Assembly: GCA_013265495.1 (NCBI GenBank)
Contig: MU058687.1
Coordinates: forward strand, 5,020,093-5,084,092
DNA: 64,000 bases
From: Vicugna vicugna
Lineage: Eukaryota
Direction: 5' to 3'
A program made the position numbers and the translations under genes. The notes below the pieces were generated by a model, which saw only the letters and a list, made by a program, of their open reading frames with translations, had not been told where the DNA came from and did not search any database. Below are positions 13,060-25,560 of the stretch, piece by piece (within the stretch, counting starts at the first letter, position 1; each line of letters opens with the position of its first letter).

Positions 13060-15329
13060 AAAATTTTTCTAAATTCCCTGAACTGGTTGCATCAACACAT
13101 GGAATAGACTTGTCAGTTCAAAAGAGGCAGTTTTCAATAGGGCAAAAGTCAAGTGGGATGATTTCCAGCAGGCATACTACTTCCCCTCAAAAAGAAGCAA
13201 GATGAGCTAAGTCCTAGTAATGGTTATTACAACAATCCAAAGAACATTTAACCCATATAAATAGGGCTAGCAGTGGACTGAAAGAAGGACCTCAAACTTC
13301 CTAATGCAAATATCAGTTCTATTCCACAGGATTTGAAAAAATAATAATTATGGTTTCTAATTCCAAGTCCTAGAGGATACATTTAAATAAGTTATTTTTT
13401 TTCCTTTAAAAAAAAACTTTCTAAAGAGTAACACAGCTTTTTGGTCTGAGATATTTTCTTTTGGAGGAAAGGAAAGAATTAAGGGGAAAAAAGTGTGGGA
13501 TGAAGTAAGGAGAAAAAATATTCAAGCAGAGGATATGACTAAAAAATTTATTTCTCAAATAGTGAGGAGGAACTTAAAAATAAGTTTGTTTTAAAATGCA
13601 AAGATAGAGCATTTACCCAAGGGAAAATCTCTCAGCTCTTCCCTTTTGTTGGATGAGCTTGCTTCCTCCCACTTCCAGCCAACTTTTATCAGTTGCTGTC
13701 AGCAAGAGAGCTTCAAAGAGGCCATCACACACCTTCTCTGCTGGGTTATCATGACTTGTCTTTCCTCACACGGACAAGGGGCAGCCATCACAAATTACAG
13801 CAGCACAGAGATCAGTGTGGGCAGCCTGCAATGTCTTGACTGGCAGCCAGACTTTCCCTTTGCCTCATTAGCCCCTGGCTTACACATGCCCCACCTCGGT
13901 CACCGAAGGTGGCCCCAGGACAGGTACATTTCATAACCACTCACTCTAATTATGTAAATAGCAATGAACTATGTCCAACAGAAAAAAAAAAGTTACTACC
14001 TTATGAGGTGATGGATGAGGAATGGGGAGTTGCTATGGCTGAGGGAGTTACAGACAGAGAGAGAAACGTCTGGTGATGTAATAGAAGAGTGAGAGATAAT
14101 CCCCCGCAAAAGGGGAGAAATATTTAATATATCTTTACATCTTTAATACTTGTCTTTTGTTGTTGACCCCAGCTTTTGGTTCACCGGTAACTAGCTAGGA
14201 AACATTTTGCCTTCCTTCACTGGGTTTCCATATTTCAAAATCTCACAAAAAGGCAGTGAACTTAATGCTCAGTTCAGCACAATTATCCTTCATCACAGCT
14301 GCATGTGAAAACTGTTCTTTCCTCAGATGTGGCCCAGATTGTTTGGCCAATAGATAAGAAATGCATTTATTCTGTTGTCCTCCAAACACTTTTCTCATTA
14401 GACTGTGGAAGTTTGAACAACAATGGGGTGGATTTCATTGAAATCTTAAATCTTAAAATTTCTATAGAAATTCATCTCACTCAAACTTTTCCCAATTGAG
14501 CAACAATATCCAGTTTTCTATCAAACAACATACTTTGATTTTATGTATTATTTCAGTAACTGAGTCAACCGGTATACAAAAAGAAAATCTTTAACTCTTC
14601 ATGTGGGCTAAAGGTCAGCTCTTAAAAGGAGGAAGGCCTTTATAAGACACTCCTTATGCCTTAAGAGGTTCTTTGAAGCCATACACTTAAGAGAAACTTC
14701 AGCTCATTCTTGACTCTGGTGCTACATTTGACATGAGCCATATGTTTTTGGCAGTCACTCTTGTGTGACTGTATAAATTCACTGTGTCAATACTCTGCAT
14801 CCTGAATTAATTTCTATAAGGTGCCTGGGGGAATGCCAATTTCATACTGGAAACAAGGTTAGGTGGAAGTCTTGAAACTGCTTTTATGGAGTTCTGTAAC
14901 TCAGCACATTATTACTCTCACTTCTACATACTCTAGAGGAATCAATCTGGTGACTTCATGAGACTAAGTACTGGAAAAAATTGCTAGCACTCCTACATCA
15001 ACCAGATTCTGGCAGTTTACTCCTTGCAAGAAAATTAGCACATTAACTCTTTCCTATCACGTACTGGGTTAGAGAGGCACATAATCTGGGTTGTGGAGTG
15101 CTGCCCTTGCATATGGGAATGTTAGAAAGAAGAAAGTGTGCCCCACCGAATGTTGTCCTGAGGAAGGAAGACTGCTGGAAATGCAAAGGTGATGTAAAAT
15201 GGCTTATTTATACATGTCACCAAGAGATTTTAGAATTTTCCTGATCTCGTCTTGCTCCCCATTCAATGATTTGTTTTATAAAGACAAAGGCAAAATTTCC
15301 AGTGTGTTGAGTGTTCATACTGTGACATC

Positions 15330-15540
15330 AGGTAGATCGAGTTCGCCTATCCATCACTTATTAGCACTGTTATCTTGATCCGTTTATTTAGCTTCTCTAA
15401 TTCTCCATTTCTTCTTTGTAAAAGGAGGATCTGATAGCAGAATTGGCTTTGTAGAATTAATTGTTATGAGGCTTAAACACAGTAACCTATATTATTTATC
15501 TAGCACTGTGCCTGACACAAAGAAAGATCCAATGAGCAGG
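15330..15540 (+). mobile_element. MIR SINE (diverged)
   Basis: cacttattagc...tttagcttctct...ctttgtaaaa...tagcactgtgcctgacaca. Confidence 0.6.
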
Positions 15541-16007
15541 AGTGGCCATCTTTCCTATTCTGACCATCACCATTACTCAAGACAGAAGCAAAGTGATAGT
15601 ATCATTCAAACATTTTCATGGAGACGTTTAATGGGCATGTGCTGAGTTTTGGGGGTGTTTTTGGTTGTTGTCTTTTTTTTAAAAAAAAATACGATTAAGC
15701 CTCAGGTTGCATGAAAACTGATGTCATACATGATGATAATGAGTTTGAAGGGAAGATGGCAGTCAGGAAGAAGTAAACTTGAATCCTTATTTCCTTATAA
15801 GTGCTTCACCTTCCTTGAACAATTTATTTAACTTTATTCTACTTCATTTTGACAGTGAAGAAATATTTAGCTATAATAGTAGGAGAGGTACCTTAAATTA
15901 TTTCTAAAGTAAAAATTTGACTCTCTTGTAAACATGGTATTAAATGATCGTTTGCCTTGCCCAATAATACTTAGCTTTTTTACTTCTGGAAGGAGTTATT
16001 AGGTTCC

Positions 16008-16058
16008 TTTGTTTTTGTTTTTATTTCTGTTTTTGTTTTTGTTTTTGTTTTTGTTTTT
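16008..16058. repeat. (TTTTTG)n simple repeat
   Basis: Directly visible. Confidence 0.9.
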
Positions 16059-18589
16059 TGGTAAATGGTATTATGGTCTTATTCTTTGTCCTCAAAACAC
16101 TGTTAAACATGGAACAACTGCCTCTCATTTTCAACCTCATTTCTTCAACACCAGCTGCCACCATGTTTATAATCTGTTTTCACCTAGTGAAGCCAAGGCA
16201 GGGAAATGGACTCCATCGAGAAAAAGATATTCCCTGGAGGGTGACTCAACCTTCAAAAATAAAATCAGCAGTGTGAAAGGGGGAAATGCTAAATCACTGA
16301 GAGCAGTAGTTACATTCTGAGTACTGGCACAGCTCAGAAGGAGTGAAGAGCCAAAAGAGAAGGAGGGAGCTGCTTTGTTGTTTATCTTACTTGATGCCTT
16401 CATTTGCTACTCTGGAACCAGGGCCTGGAGTAGGGAGGGAATCCACTGCAGCTCCACTGAGAGTCACCGAGTAAATGATGCTTCTTTCTTTCTTGTCTTC
16501 CCAACTCCATTCCTTCATCTGTTTCTGAGCTTTAAGCTAGGGAATGGCCAGTCATAGAGCCTTTCCTTGTACACTTCTCTGTCTCCCTTATGCAGAGAAC
16601 TCTGAGTGTCATGTTAATGGACAGTCTGCTCAGGAAGAGAACAATTAGCCCTTTGATTTTATCTAGGCCAAAAATTATGGGATTAAAACATGCAAAGCCA
16701 ACAGCTACAAAGATCGGTTCTTAAGGCAATATGTTTTCTAGTTTATCTGCTCATTCCTTATATTATTTTGCTTTCTATTATGTCACCAATATTCTGATTT
16801 TTTTTATTACATGTGTTATAAATGATCTTTCTCTCCCCCCTTCTACACCTTCTTTCAATATTCACACACACGCAGACACACACGTGTGTGCTGCACACAC
16901 ACCACATAAATATGCGGTCAGTTAAGGCCAATGATCTTGTCTAATTCATCTTAGCATTTCCATTTTATTATTTATCAGCTTGATTGGAACTTCCGTGCTT
17001 TAACCTGCTGACATTTAGACAAACTTGCATAAAAGACTAGATTATTTCTAGCTGGATAGGAACCTCAGCTTCAACCCATCAGATAGTGCTGCTGATTTTT
17101 GCAGTAGGAGGCGAGAGAAAAGAACCATAGATGAGCGTAATAAATAGGAGACAGAAATGTCCCTAAGCATTTCACTTGTAGCCCAACCAAATCCTGCTGA
17201 CTCTGCCTCTACACCAAAATTTGTTTCTCAAGACATTCAGACATACTCCCAATTCTCCTTCAACAAAACAGTTTGTTTCCTTTTCTCTTTCTACCCTGTG
17301 TTGAACATTGACTGTATCCCAAGTGCTAGAGTGGGCACTTTACATTCATTAAGCTCATTTACCCTTGCAGTAACTCTACGTGGTGTGGTACCATGGTGTT
17401 TATATGGTTTTACAGTTTGATTTCAACAGTAACCTCACATACATGCATTGGCATGCAAAGATGTTTCCAATACAATCTTAAAGGAGGAAAAACAACACAG
17501 TACGTAATAGCATATATAGAATAAAACAATTTTTGAACATATAGATACATTTTGCATACCTATATCCAGGCACATTTTAATTTTCCATTCATTCTTATTC
17601 AATCAATCCCCTATTGTTGGATAATTAGGATATTTCTAATGTTTTATTGTCATTAGGAAAAAAAAGCTTGTATCGAACATTCTAGTCCAGTCTCTCTGTA
17701 TGCGTGTCTAATTATCTTGTCAGGATAACAGGACCCACATGGTGTTCACTCTAATGCAGCTATTTGGTGTGAATTGCCTCTCGGGCTCCAAGAATGGGCT
17801 TTTGTTCTGGGAGTAGTGGCTGCCACATTATCCAGTGACGGGAGTAATATGAGTTCACGTGACATGATTAACAAAGCATGCAAAGGTTCTCTGCATTGTA
17901 TTTATCGATGAGTTATCCGACACCCCTGAGAGACACTTATCTTTTCAAAAAGTCTGTTCCTGAGCTGAATTCCTGTGATCAGACACAGCAAAGGCTGAGT
18001 CTTCTCATATTGAGTTGATCACATCTAATCTGGTACACGTGACCACGAGGCAGAAGGCCTTGTCAACTGAGTTCCATGGGATTGCGTTAGGAAAGGGAAA
18101 AAAGGAAGAAGTACCTGAGACACAGCAAAGACAGAGAACTGACACTTGCAACCAGGAACTTCAACTAGTGCTTCCATAACACTAGAGTGGGACTAATGTT
18201 ATCAAATTAATTAAATTTACAAGACTTTTTGAAATGAGGAACCTAAAAAAGTGGAAACTTCTTCTGGTCATATTGGATGTGTGGTCTCATAAAGATCTTC
18301 TTAGGCCCTGGGCAAGCTGATCCTGGCCAGGGCCCCATGTTAAAATGAGTGTAGACTCATGCATGCTGACAGCCAATGTTTCTTGAGTACCTACTGTAGG
18401 CAGTACTGTGTTATTTGCAGATGTTGGAGTTGTACAATGAGGGATGAATAGGAGTTACCAGGCAGAGAGGAGGAAAGAGGGTGTTGCTGGCAGAGCCGCA
18501 CACACAGGATGCAATGGGGAACCTACATGTTGGTATAATTATTTGATCAGTGTTGGTTTCCCCAATAAGTAACATCGTCATCAGAACCA

Positions 18590-18810
18590 TCATCATTAAG
18601 TCGGCCAGCATCAGTCAGGGTGCTTACCACATGCCTCATGCTGTTTTAACTGTTTTATCTACATTAACTCATTCAGTTTCCAGAACAGTCCCCATTATAC
18701 AAATGATAAAACTAAGGAAGAGAAGTTAAGTAACTCACCCAAAGTTACACAGCGAGTAGGCGATGAAGTTGGAATTTGAACCCAGGCAGACTGGATTCAT
18801 CCTCCTAATC
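18590..18810 (-). mobile_element. MIR SINE
   Basis: cccattatacaaatgataaaactaagg...aagttaagtaactcacccaaagttacacag...ggaatttgaacccaggcag. Confidence 0.8.
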
Positions 18811-19027
18811 ACTATTTCTGCTGACCTGTAAGTTCCAGCCCTAACACACAGTAATTGCTCAATAAATACTTATTGGAAGATATGAATGGATAAGTAGATG
18901 AATTAATGCAAACTCCATACATGCCCAGCTCTTAACTGGGGACAGTTGGGCATGACACTAAAGAATGATGGCAGACACTTGATTGGCAGAAATACATTCA
19001 GGGGAAGATTCAGAAAAGAGGAACCCT

Positions 19028-19600
19028 TGGTGCAGCCACTATGGAAAACAGTGTGGAGATTCCTCAAAAGACTAGGAATAGACTTACCATATGACCCAGG
19101 AATCCCACTCCTGGGCTTGTATCCAGAAGGAAATCTACTTCAGGATGACACCTGCACCCCAATGTTCATAGCAGCACTATTTACAATAGCCAAAACATGG
19201 AAACAGCCTAAATGTCCATCAACAGGTGACTGGATAAAGAAGATGTGGTATATTTATACAATGGAATACTACTCAGCCATAAAAACCGACAACATAATGC
19301 CATTTGCAGCAACATGGATGCTCCTGGAGAATGTCATTCTAAGTGAAGTAAGCCAGAAAGAGAAAGAAAAATACCATATGAGATCGCTCNNNNNNNNNNN
19401 NNNNNNNNNNNNNNNNNNNNNNNNNNNNNNNNNNNNNNNNNNNNNNNNNNNNNNNNNNNNNNNNNNNNNNNNNNNNNNNNNNTGTGACAATGGTATATGT
19501 CCATGAATGACTGAAAAATTGTGCTAAAAACTGAAATTTGACAAAACATTGTAAAATGATTATAAATCAATAAAAAATGTTAAAAAAAAAAGAAAAAAAA
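19028..19600 (+). mobile_element. Young 5'-truncated L1 (ORF2 C-terminus + 3'UTR + polyA) with 16-bp TSD
   Basis: Uninterrupted ORF2 tail LVQPLWKTVWRFLK...KMWYIYTMEYYSAIK; AATAAA 19569-19574; A tail; identical TSD agaaaagaggaaccct at 19012-19027 and 19601-19616. Confidence 0.97.
19390..19482. other. Assembly gap (93 N)
   Basis: Run of N inside the L1. Confidence 1.
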
Positions 19601-21544
19601 AGAAAAGAGGAACCCTGAAGTATTTCATTTGTGATGAAAATCTTACAAGATGTTAACCAGAAGGATTAGTTCTGCGGGTTACGTGTCCATCACTGTGACC
19701 TTTCCCAATATTGATTTTTGGGTTTTTTCAGTGTCTGTAATCCCGTAGGCTGATGTTTATAATCTTGCGTGATTATGCTGTATTTGCTAAAGGTTTGCTA
19801 TACATGAACTATCCTTTGGAAACTTTGAAATCCAGAGAGAAGTCAAGGATGATATTATCCAGAGCTCTGCCAGCCTGTGGTTCTCTTGCTTACCCAAAAG
19901 CAAATCAATTTCCCCTTTCCCATCTCTATACAGTAAGTACTTTACTGCTTTGTGTTTTCACTCTCTGAGATTCCCCCACAAGCCTTCTAGATAAAAAGAC
20001 ATAGAACAATGACTGAAACTAGTTCTGGCACGTTAGACATTGGATTATTATCTGAAACCCACAGACCACAGAACTCCCTTTGCATGACCACACTCTGATA
20101 AAGCATATTTAGTCTCCTGTGGACTTGTGTTCACATACCCTTTTCTGAAAGATGAAGTGGAAAAATCTGCCCAGATTGTTATCATCATTTCTATGTAAAG
20201 AACTGTGTACATGTTGTTTTTCTATATATTATGTGTTATACCATTATCAGTTGCATTCAAGTAGTGCTAAAAAGATGATGGATGCTCCCTTTTTTGCTAG
20301 ATAGTGTCTGCTCCCTGAATTTGTTATAGGATAAAGATGGGAAATACATAGGGGGAGAAGTTGATGATGCAGGAAGGATGGTTTATGACTCATGATACTG
20401 AGATGGGGGAGCAGGAAGTGAATTAAATATGTGGTACAGTAAGTTCGTTTTTCCCATCATTGAAATCATTGAATGGTGTGGTGACTTTGATACTGGATTT
20501 CTCAACTCTTGGACTTACTGGTAAAGAAGGAATATAGTGCAAAGAGCAAGGCAGTGCTGGTCTGGGGTAGTAATGCAGTGTATAATGCTGTGACTATTTA
20601 TGTCACACCCAGTGCAGATTTACATTTAGCTGGCTCTTGTATAGGATCGTGCATAGGACTGTTAAACACTAAATATTAAATATCACTAGAGGATGTTTAA
20701 TACATAAAATGATGAAATTAATGTGTATGTATTTTGGTACTCATGCCAGAGTTGAATGTTCTCCTTGATGGAAGAAGGGGAGATTCTTTTAGGCATTCTG
20801 ACAACTTCCACAAACAAATCAAACCCAGGATCAGTTCAGTCATAATTAGATGCAGTCTTCCAGTTTCAAGTTAGGGTAGTGGGATGTGGATTTGGGGGTG
20901 ATTCTTAGTGCCAAATAAGGATTGGATGGAGAGATTAATCATAAACTCATCAGGGGAACTTGATTTTAGGTGGACTCAGTTAGTATGGATGCAATAAACA
21001 GCTGGACAAATACGTGGACTGGAGGACTGGGCTGTAAGTGAGATAGCCCAGAAGCAGAATCCAGGAGGAACTGAATGAGCAGGGCAAGTTCACATGTCAG
21101 CTGGATTTCAGAGTTGACGTTTCAGAGGTCCACCCTACCACTCCAGGTCGGAATGAGGGAGAAGATGGAGGTGGGAGGGTGTAAATGAAGGGGCAGTTAG
21201 ACATTCTAGTCAACTCTGGGAAGGGTAAGAACCTCAGTAGAAAGGCTGAGTCTGGACATTCTGCCTGATTGTAGGCACATTGATTCTGTATATAAGGTAG
21301 CCACAGGTTAGATTATTTCCGTATTTTAATTGCTGGTCAGTAGAGAGCAAACAATATACTCCCATCACTTGCCTTAGAACTGGCTGTGCTGAATCAGGTC
21401 CTAGTACAGAGCCTAACACAAAGCAGATGCTTTGAAATGGTTAGGGAATGAATGGATGAGTGATGGAATGGATGTGAGTGGATAAATACACAAGCAAAAC
21501 ATTGGGGCAGGTGGGGCAGGACGATGGCAGGTAAGGGCTGACAT

Positions 21545-21805
21545 CATCCTTCAAGGACCAGCTCAAAAAGCCATGTTTTCACTACAGCTTTCACCTCGAG
21601 TTCATTATTCCTCTCCTCTGTTCCTCTGGCGGCTTGTTTATTCTGCTTTAATGACATTTATCAGTCATGTTGTAATTATATTCTATGCGTCTCTCTCCCT
21701 CCCTAACTATGAAATCCTTGACCATAGGGATTTTTGACTTGTACCTACAGTGCTGTACCTAATGTCTGACACAGACTAGGCGCTCGTTAAGTATTTATCA
21801 AATTG
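21545..21805 (+). mobile_element. L2 3' fragment
   Basis: catccttcaaggaccagctcaaa...tctctctccctccctaactatgaa...taggcgctcgttaagtattt. Confidence 0.65.
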
Positions 21806-22528
21806 CACCCAGAGTTTCTAATGTACCAGTGTGGTTTGTGAAACATGCTTTGTTCATTTAAACAAGATCACAAGGCTTTGTGACCGTGTGAGAGTCACAC
21901 TGCAAAGTCAGAGCAGTAACCTCTCCAGTATCAGGGTTTTTTTCCCCTTCCTTCGGGTTCTCTCAGGGCATGATTGTGTCTTTCCTTTGCCTCCTGGAAA
22001 TTATATATTGGAGGAGGTTGTCAGTGTGTGCTGTTTTAGATTGCCCCATGGTTCATGCACTTCTCTGATGGAGAAAAATGAGCTCTCTGTGGAATTACTC
22101 AGAATGAAGGAATCTTCTGTATTGATACAAATGCTAGGACCCCACTGAGGACACAGAGAATGTGAACCAAGGCTAAGAGGGACAGGGCAGGAAAAGCACA
22201 GAGGGCATGAAGCAGGGAGCTCTTCTCGTCCTCCTGTACTGGGGAGCCCAGAAGCGGCATCACTTTGTACTCCAGTAGTGACATTTTAATTTAGAAGCTC
22301 AGAAGGCACTGATCACCAAACTGCAAAAGATTGATTTGGTTGTTCATCTGATTCAACTCATGTCAGAGTTTGAAAATAATTATGATAGTGGAGCCGATAG
22401 TCAGGCAATTACATTTTTGTTCTTTCGCTCTCCAGCTATTTCCCCTCCTTTCCCCTCCCCATCGCTTCACCCTTAAGATTGTTCTGGTGGGAAGGCAGCG
22501 TAGGCACAAGACAAGAGAGTAGTCTTTG

Positions 22529-23099
22529 TGTTACCGAACAAAAGTTTGTGTGCCTGACGCACAGCGAAGACAAATGAATGGAAACGTCGGAGTTTGGAGC
22601 AGGGAAAGGCTTATCGCGGGGCCGAGCAAGGAGAACGTGTGGCTTGTGCTCGGAAAACCTAAATTCCCCGATGGTTTTCGGGGAAGAGTTTTTATAGGCA
22701 AAATTTGAGGTGAGGGCTGCAGAATGTGTGACTTTCTTCTGAGGAGTTGGTGGGGAGGTAACAGGGCCGTGTTCCAGGAATCTTGTGCTCAGCCTGAACT
22801 TACCCTCCTCCACCCGGATGGGGGGGCCTCAGCTCCTGCAGAAGAACTCAAAGCCATTGTTATGTGTGTCCCTTGAGGAGGAACCAGGCCCCTGCCCCAA
22901 GGCTGGACTATTGTTTCTTGACTGTTCTCTATTGTTTCTGCCTTCCCCTCCCTTCCCTGATTAGCAACTGTTTGAATCTGGCTTTGGAGCTCAAGGAAGG
23001 TCAAGGAGTCTGAATGAAGCCTAGGTCCTACTAATAAGAAATGGGGAACATGGAAGGGATTCGCACCGGGAGGACCCCACAGGGTCCTGCTCCATTTCA
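22529..23099 (-). mobile_element. LTR39-like ERV1 solo LTR
   Basis: TG...CA ends; homologous to 6485-7102 (agcaaggagaa, aaatttgaggtgag, aagaaatggg, agggtcct); retains many CpGs. Confidence 0.85.
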
Positions 23100-23490
23100 G
23101 AAAGATGCAGACTATTTTGTCCCCTTCTTTAAAGTATGAAATAGGAAAAGTATATGCACTGCAAGGCAGTTATTGCTCCTATCTTTACCATTATCTATAG
23201 ATTACGGGGTGTCTTTTAAAAAAGATTTACTTCAAATCATAATGCACACAGGAGCCTGGGGTAAGGAGAGATTCAAGAAAGGTCTGTGTTGGGGACCAGA
23301 TTCCATGGGAGAGTGAAAATAACCCTTGGAACAGTGGTACAAGAAATGGAACAAGTATTAGAATAAAGAAAGAAGATTTGATTTTGTTTTTGCTTTTAGG
23401 AAGCAATCCCTGGCATATAAATCTAATAATGTAGAAGATAGAGTTTAAGAGTACATCACAAGACAGAAATTACTTTTCAAGTGAAGAGAT

Positions 23491-23974
23491 TGCCGACTGA
23501 AATAAATGCGCAGCCTTAAAGTTGAGTTCTGTTTTATTTGGCGGGAGGACTCAAGCCGGGATGACAGTCTCTCAGATGGCTCTGAGGCACTGCTCCGAAG
23601 AGGTAGGGGAGGAGCCAGGATACATAGGAGCTTTACAACAAAGGCCAGGTAGTGGGAACAATAAAAGATTGCTTGTTATCTAAGGAAAACCAGGCATCTC
23701 AATTTAAATAATCTAGTGCTTTTCTTTGTATGGGAGGAAACAAACATTCAGGCTCATTGAATTCATTTCTTATTCTTTGACACTAGCTGTCTGGGGCCAG
23801 TATCCTGTCCTTTCTTATTCTGAGTCCCCTCGGGGTGCACCACTGTGAGTGGCTGCAGAGGCCGGGCTGTAGGCTTGTCTTCTCGGGGGTGGGGGGTGGA
23901 TAGCAGCGGCTGATGACTTGTTGGTTTCAGCATTCTTTGTTTACTGATACGGTTTGCAGTATTTTTCGTTCACA
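23491..23974 (-). mobile_element. MER41-like ERV1 solo LTR
   Basis: tgccgactgaa...gttcaca ends, TSD agat/aggt, AATAAA on the minus strand near 23533-23538. Confidence 0.8.
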
Positions 23975-24781
23975 AGGTTAATAGGTGAATGTGGATGTCT
24001 TGATCTATTTCTGTTTTAAAGAGCATTTATTTATTTGCAAACACTAGAAAATTCAGTGTTTCTGAACTAACAGAATGACTTTTCTGGTCCAAAGCTTAGG
24101 AAATCAAAATTTGGGGGGTGGGAGAGAGTCTACTCAATCCCGGAAATACGAGATACCTAAATTATTTGAAAGTGGCTTTTTTCATGACACTATAGGAAAA
24201 AAAAAAAACTTTAAAAGACTCTATACCAAATAATCATATCTCTCCTCTCAGGAAACTGGGCCTTAACTATGACCGTCTTACTATGACCATCTCAAGGTTT
24301 AGAAAACTGAGCCTTTCCCTCAGAACTTCCCTCCAGAGATCCAGGCTTTTCTACACAGTCTCTAACATTTCTTTAAGCCTCCTTTCCGCTGCCTTGCCCA
24401 CTGCAGTTTGGTACATACACCTTGTAATGAGTGAGTGTCCTGCACATAGTGAATGTGTCAGATAGGGTTACTGAACTGATGCAAAAGCTGTGGCGTGGAA
24501 CATGGCCTTTGGCTTGAGACCCTGCAGGGAAATGTTAGGGAATAAACTAGATAAACCCCCCAAAAATTTCAGCTGCAGTTTATATTGCTCACATTTAATC
24601 ATGGAGAAGCATTTTACTTTATTTTTTGTAGACCATTTATAACAGCCCTTTCCAAGAAAAAAAAATAGCTATGTAGACTCTTAGATCTATACAGAGTCTA
24701 CATGTATTCTCAAAATACAAATTCAATTGCTTGTGCATTTTTATTTAGTGACATTACTTTATATCTGAGCCTCATTAGGTC

Positions 24782-24880
24782 TGTGAAGGAAAAGCCGGGC
24801 TGGTCTGACAAGATAACTCACAAGTCTAGAAATGTGAAGGAGAGGCTGGGCTGGGCTAACAAGATAACTCACAAATCTAA
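24782..24880. repeat. Tandem duplication of a 51-bp unit (2 copies)
   Basis: tgtgaagg...gggctgg...acaagataactcacaa(g/a)tcta at 24782 and 24833, 6 mismatches in 47 bp. Confidence 0.9.
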
Positions 24881-25073
24881 GTATTGGAATACTGATCTAT
24901 CTGAGTTCTGCTGGACTAACTTGTAAATCTAAGTTAATTAGTGTTGGTTTGCTGTTCATGTTTTTTTGCTAGCCAGCTGGGTTTTCAAAGATACATATCT
25001 GGCTTTGGAATGTTGGTTTGCTGCCTCCCCACCTCCACTTTTGTGATGATAATGCTGCTAAAGCTGTTCCATG

Positions 25074-25250
25074 CCTATTGGCCGAATACCGCCAGCTTGT
25101 ACTTTACCCTATAAAACCTCATGCGCACGTCTTGGAGGTGCTCAGAGCTTCAGAGCAGAAGCCCCCCTGAGTCCGCCGGCGTAATACATCTGAGTACTCC
25201 AGCCCTCCGAGTGGTGCTTGTTTCTTGGCTGGCCTGTCGTTTCCGTAACA
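25074..25250 (+). mobile_element. 3' half of a young ERV LTR (CCAAT box, TATA, R-U5)
   Basis: cctattggc, cctataaaa, AATACA polyA-like signal, ends gtaaca; CpG-rich. Confidence 0.7.
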
Positions 25251-25339
25251 GATCCATGTCACTCTCTCAGATCTGCCCAGAGTTTAAAGCTCTTTTTAGT
25301 CACTTCTTGATCTTCCTGCCTTGTCTCTGGCCACGAGTT

Positions 25340-25560
25340 AGTGGTGAAGAGAAGGAGTTTGGAGTCAGACAGACCTGGGTCCGAACTGCAGCTTTATTAG
25401 GTCTTACCTGCATTCTTGGGCTCTCTGAACCTGTTTCCTCATCTGCAAAGTGGAAATGGTGATACTTCCTTCATGAGACGTTTGAAAGGATTAAGTAGAA
25501 TAGACAGGGAAGAGGACTACTTAGCACTAAGCACTAAATAAATGGTGCACAGTTGTTACT
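25340..25560 (+). mobile_element. MIR SINE
   Basis: tttggagtcagacagacctgggt...ctctctgaacctgtttcctcatctgcaaa...aggattaag. Confidence 0.85.

Noticed and set aside
18946..19506. 186-aa ORF as a gene
   Set aside because: Chance fusion of flank to the L1 ORF2 tail, and it runs through the N gap
24671..24703. Perfect 11-bp hairpin atgtagactct/agagtctacat
   Set aside because: One such stem is not unexpected by chance in 64 kb; no supporting context
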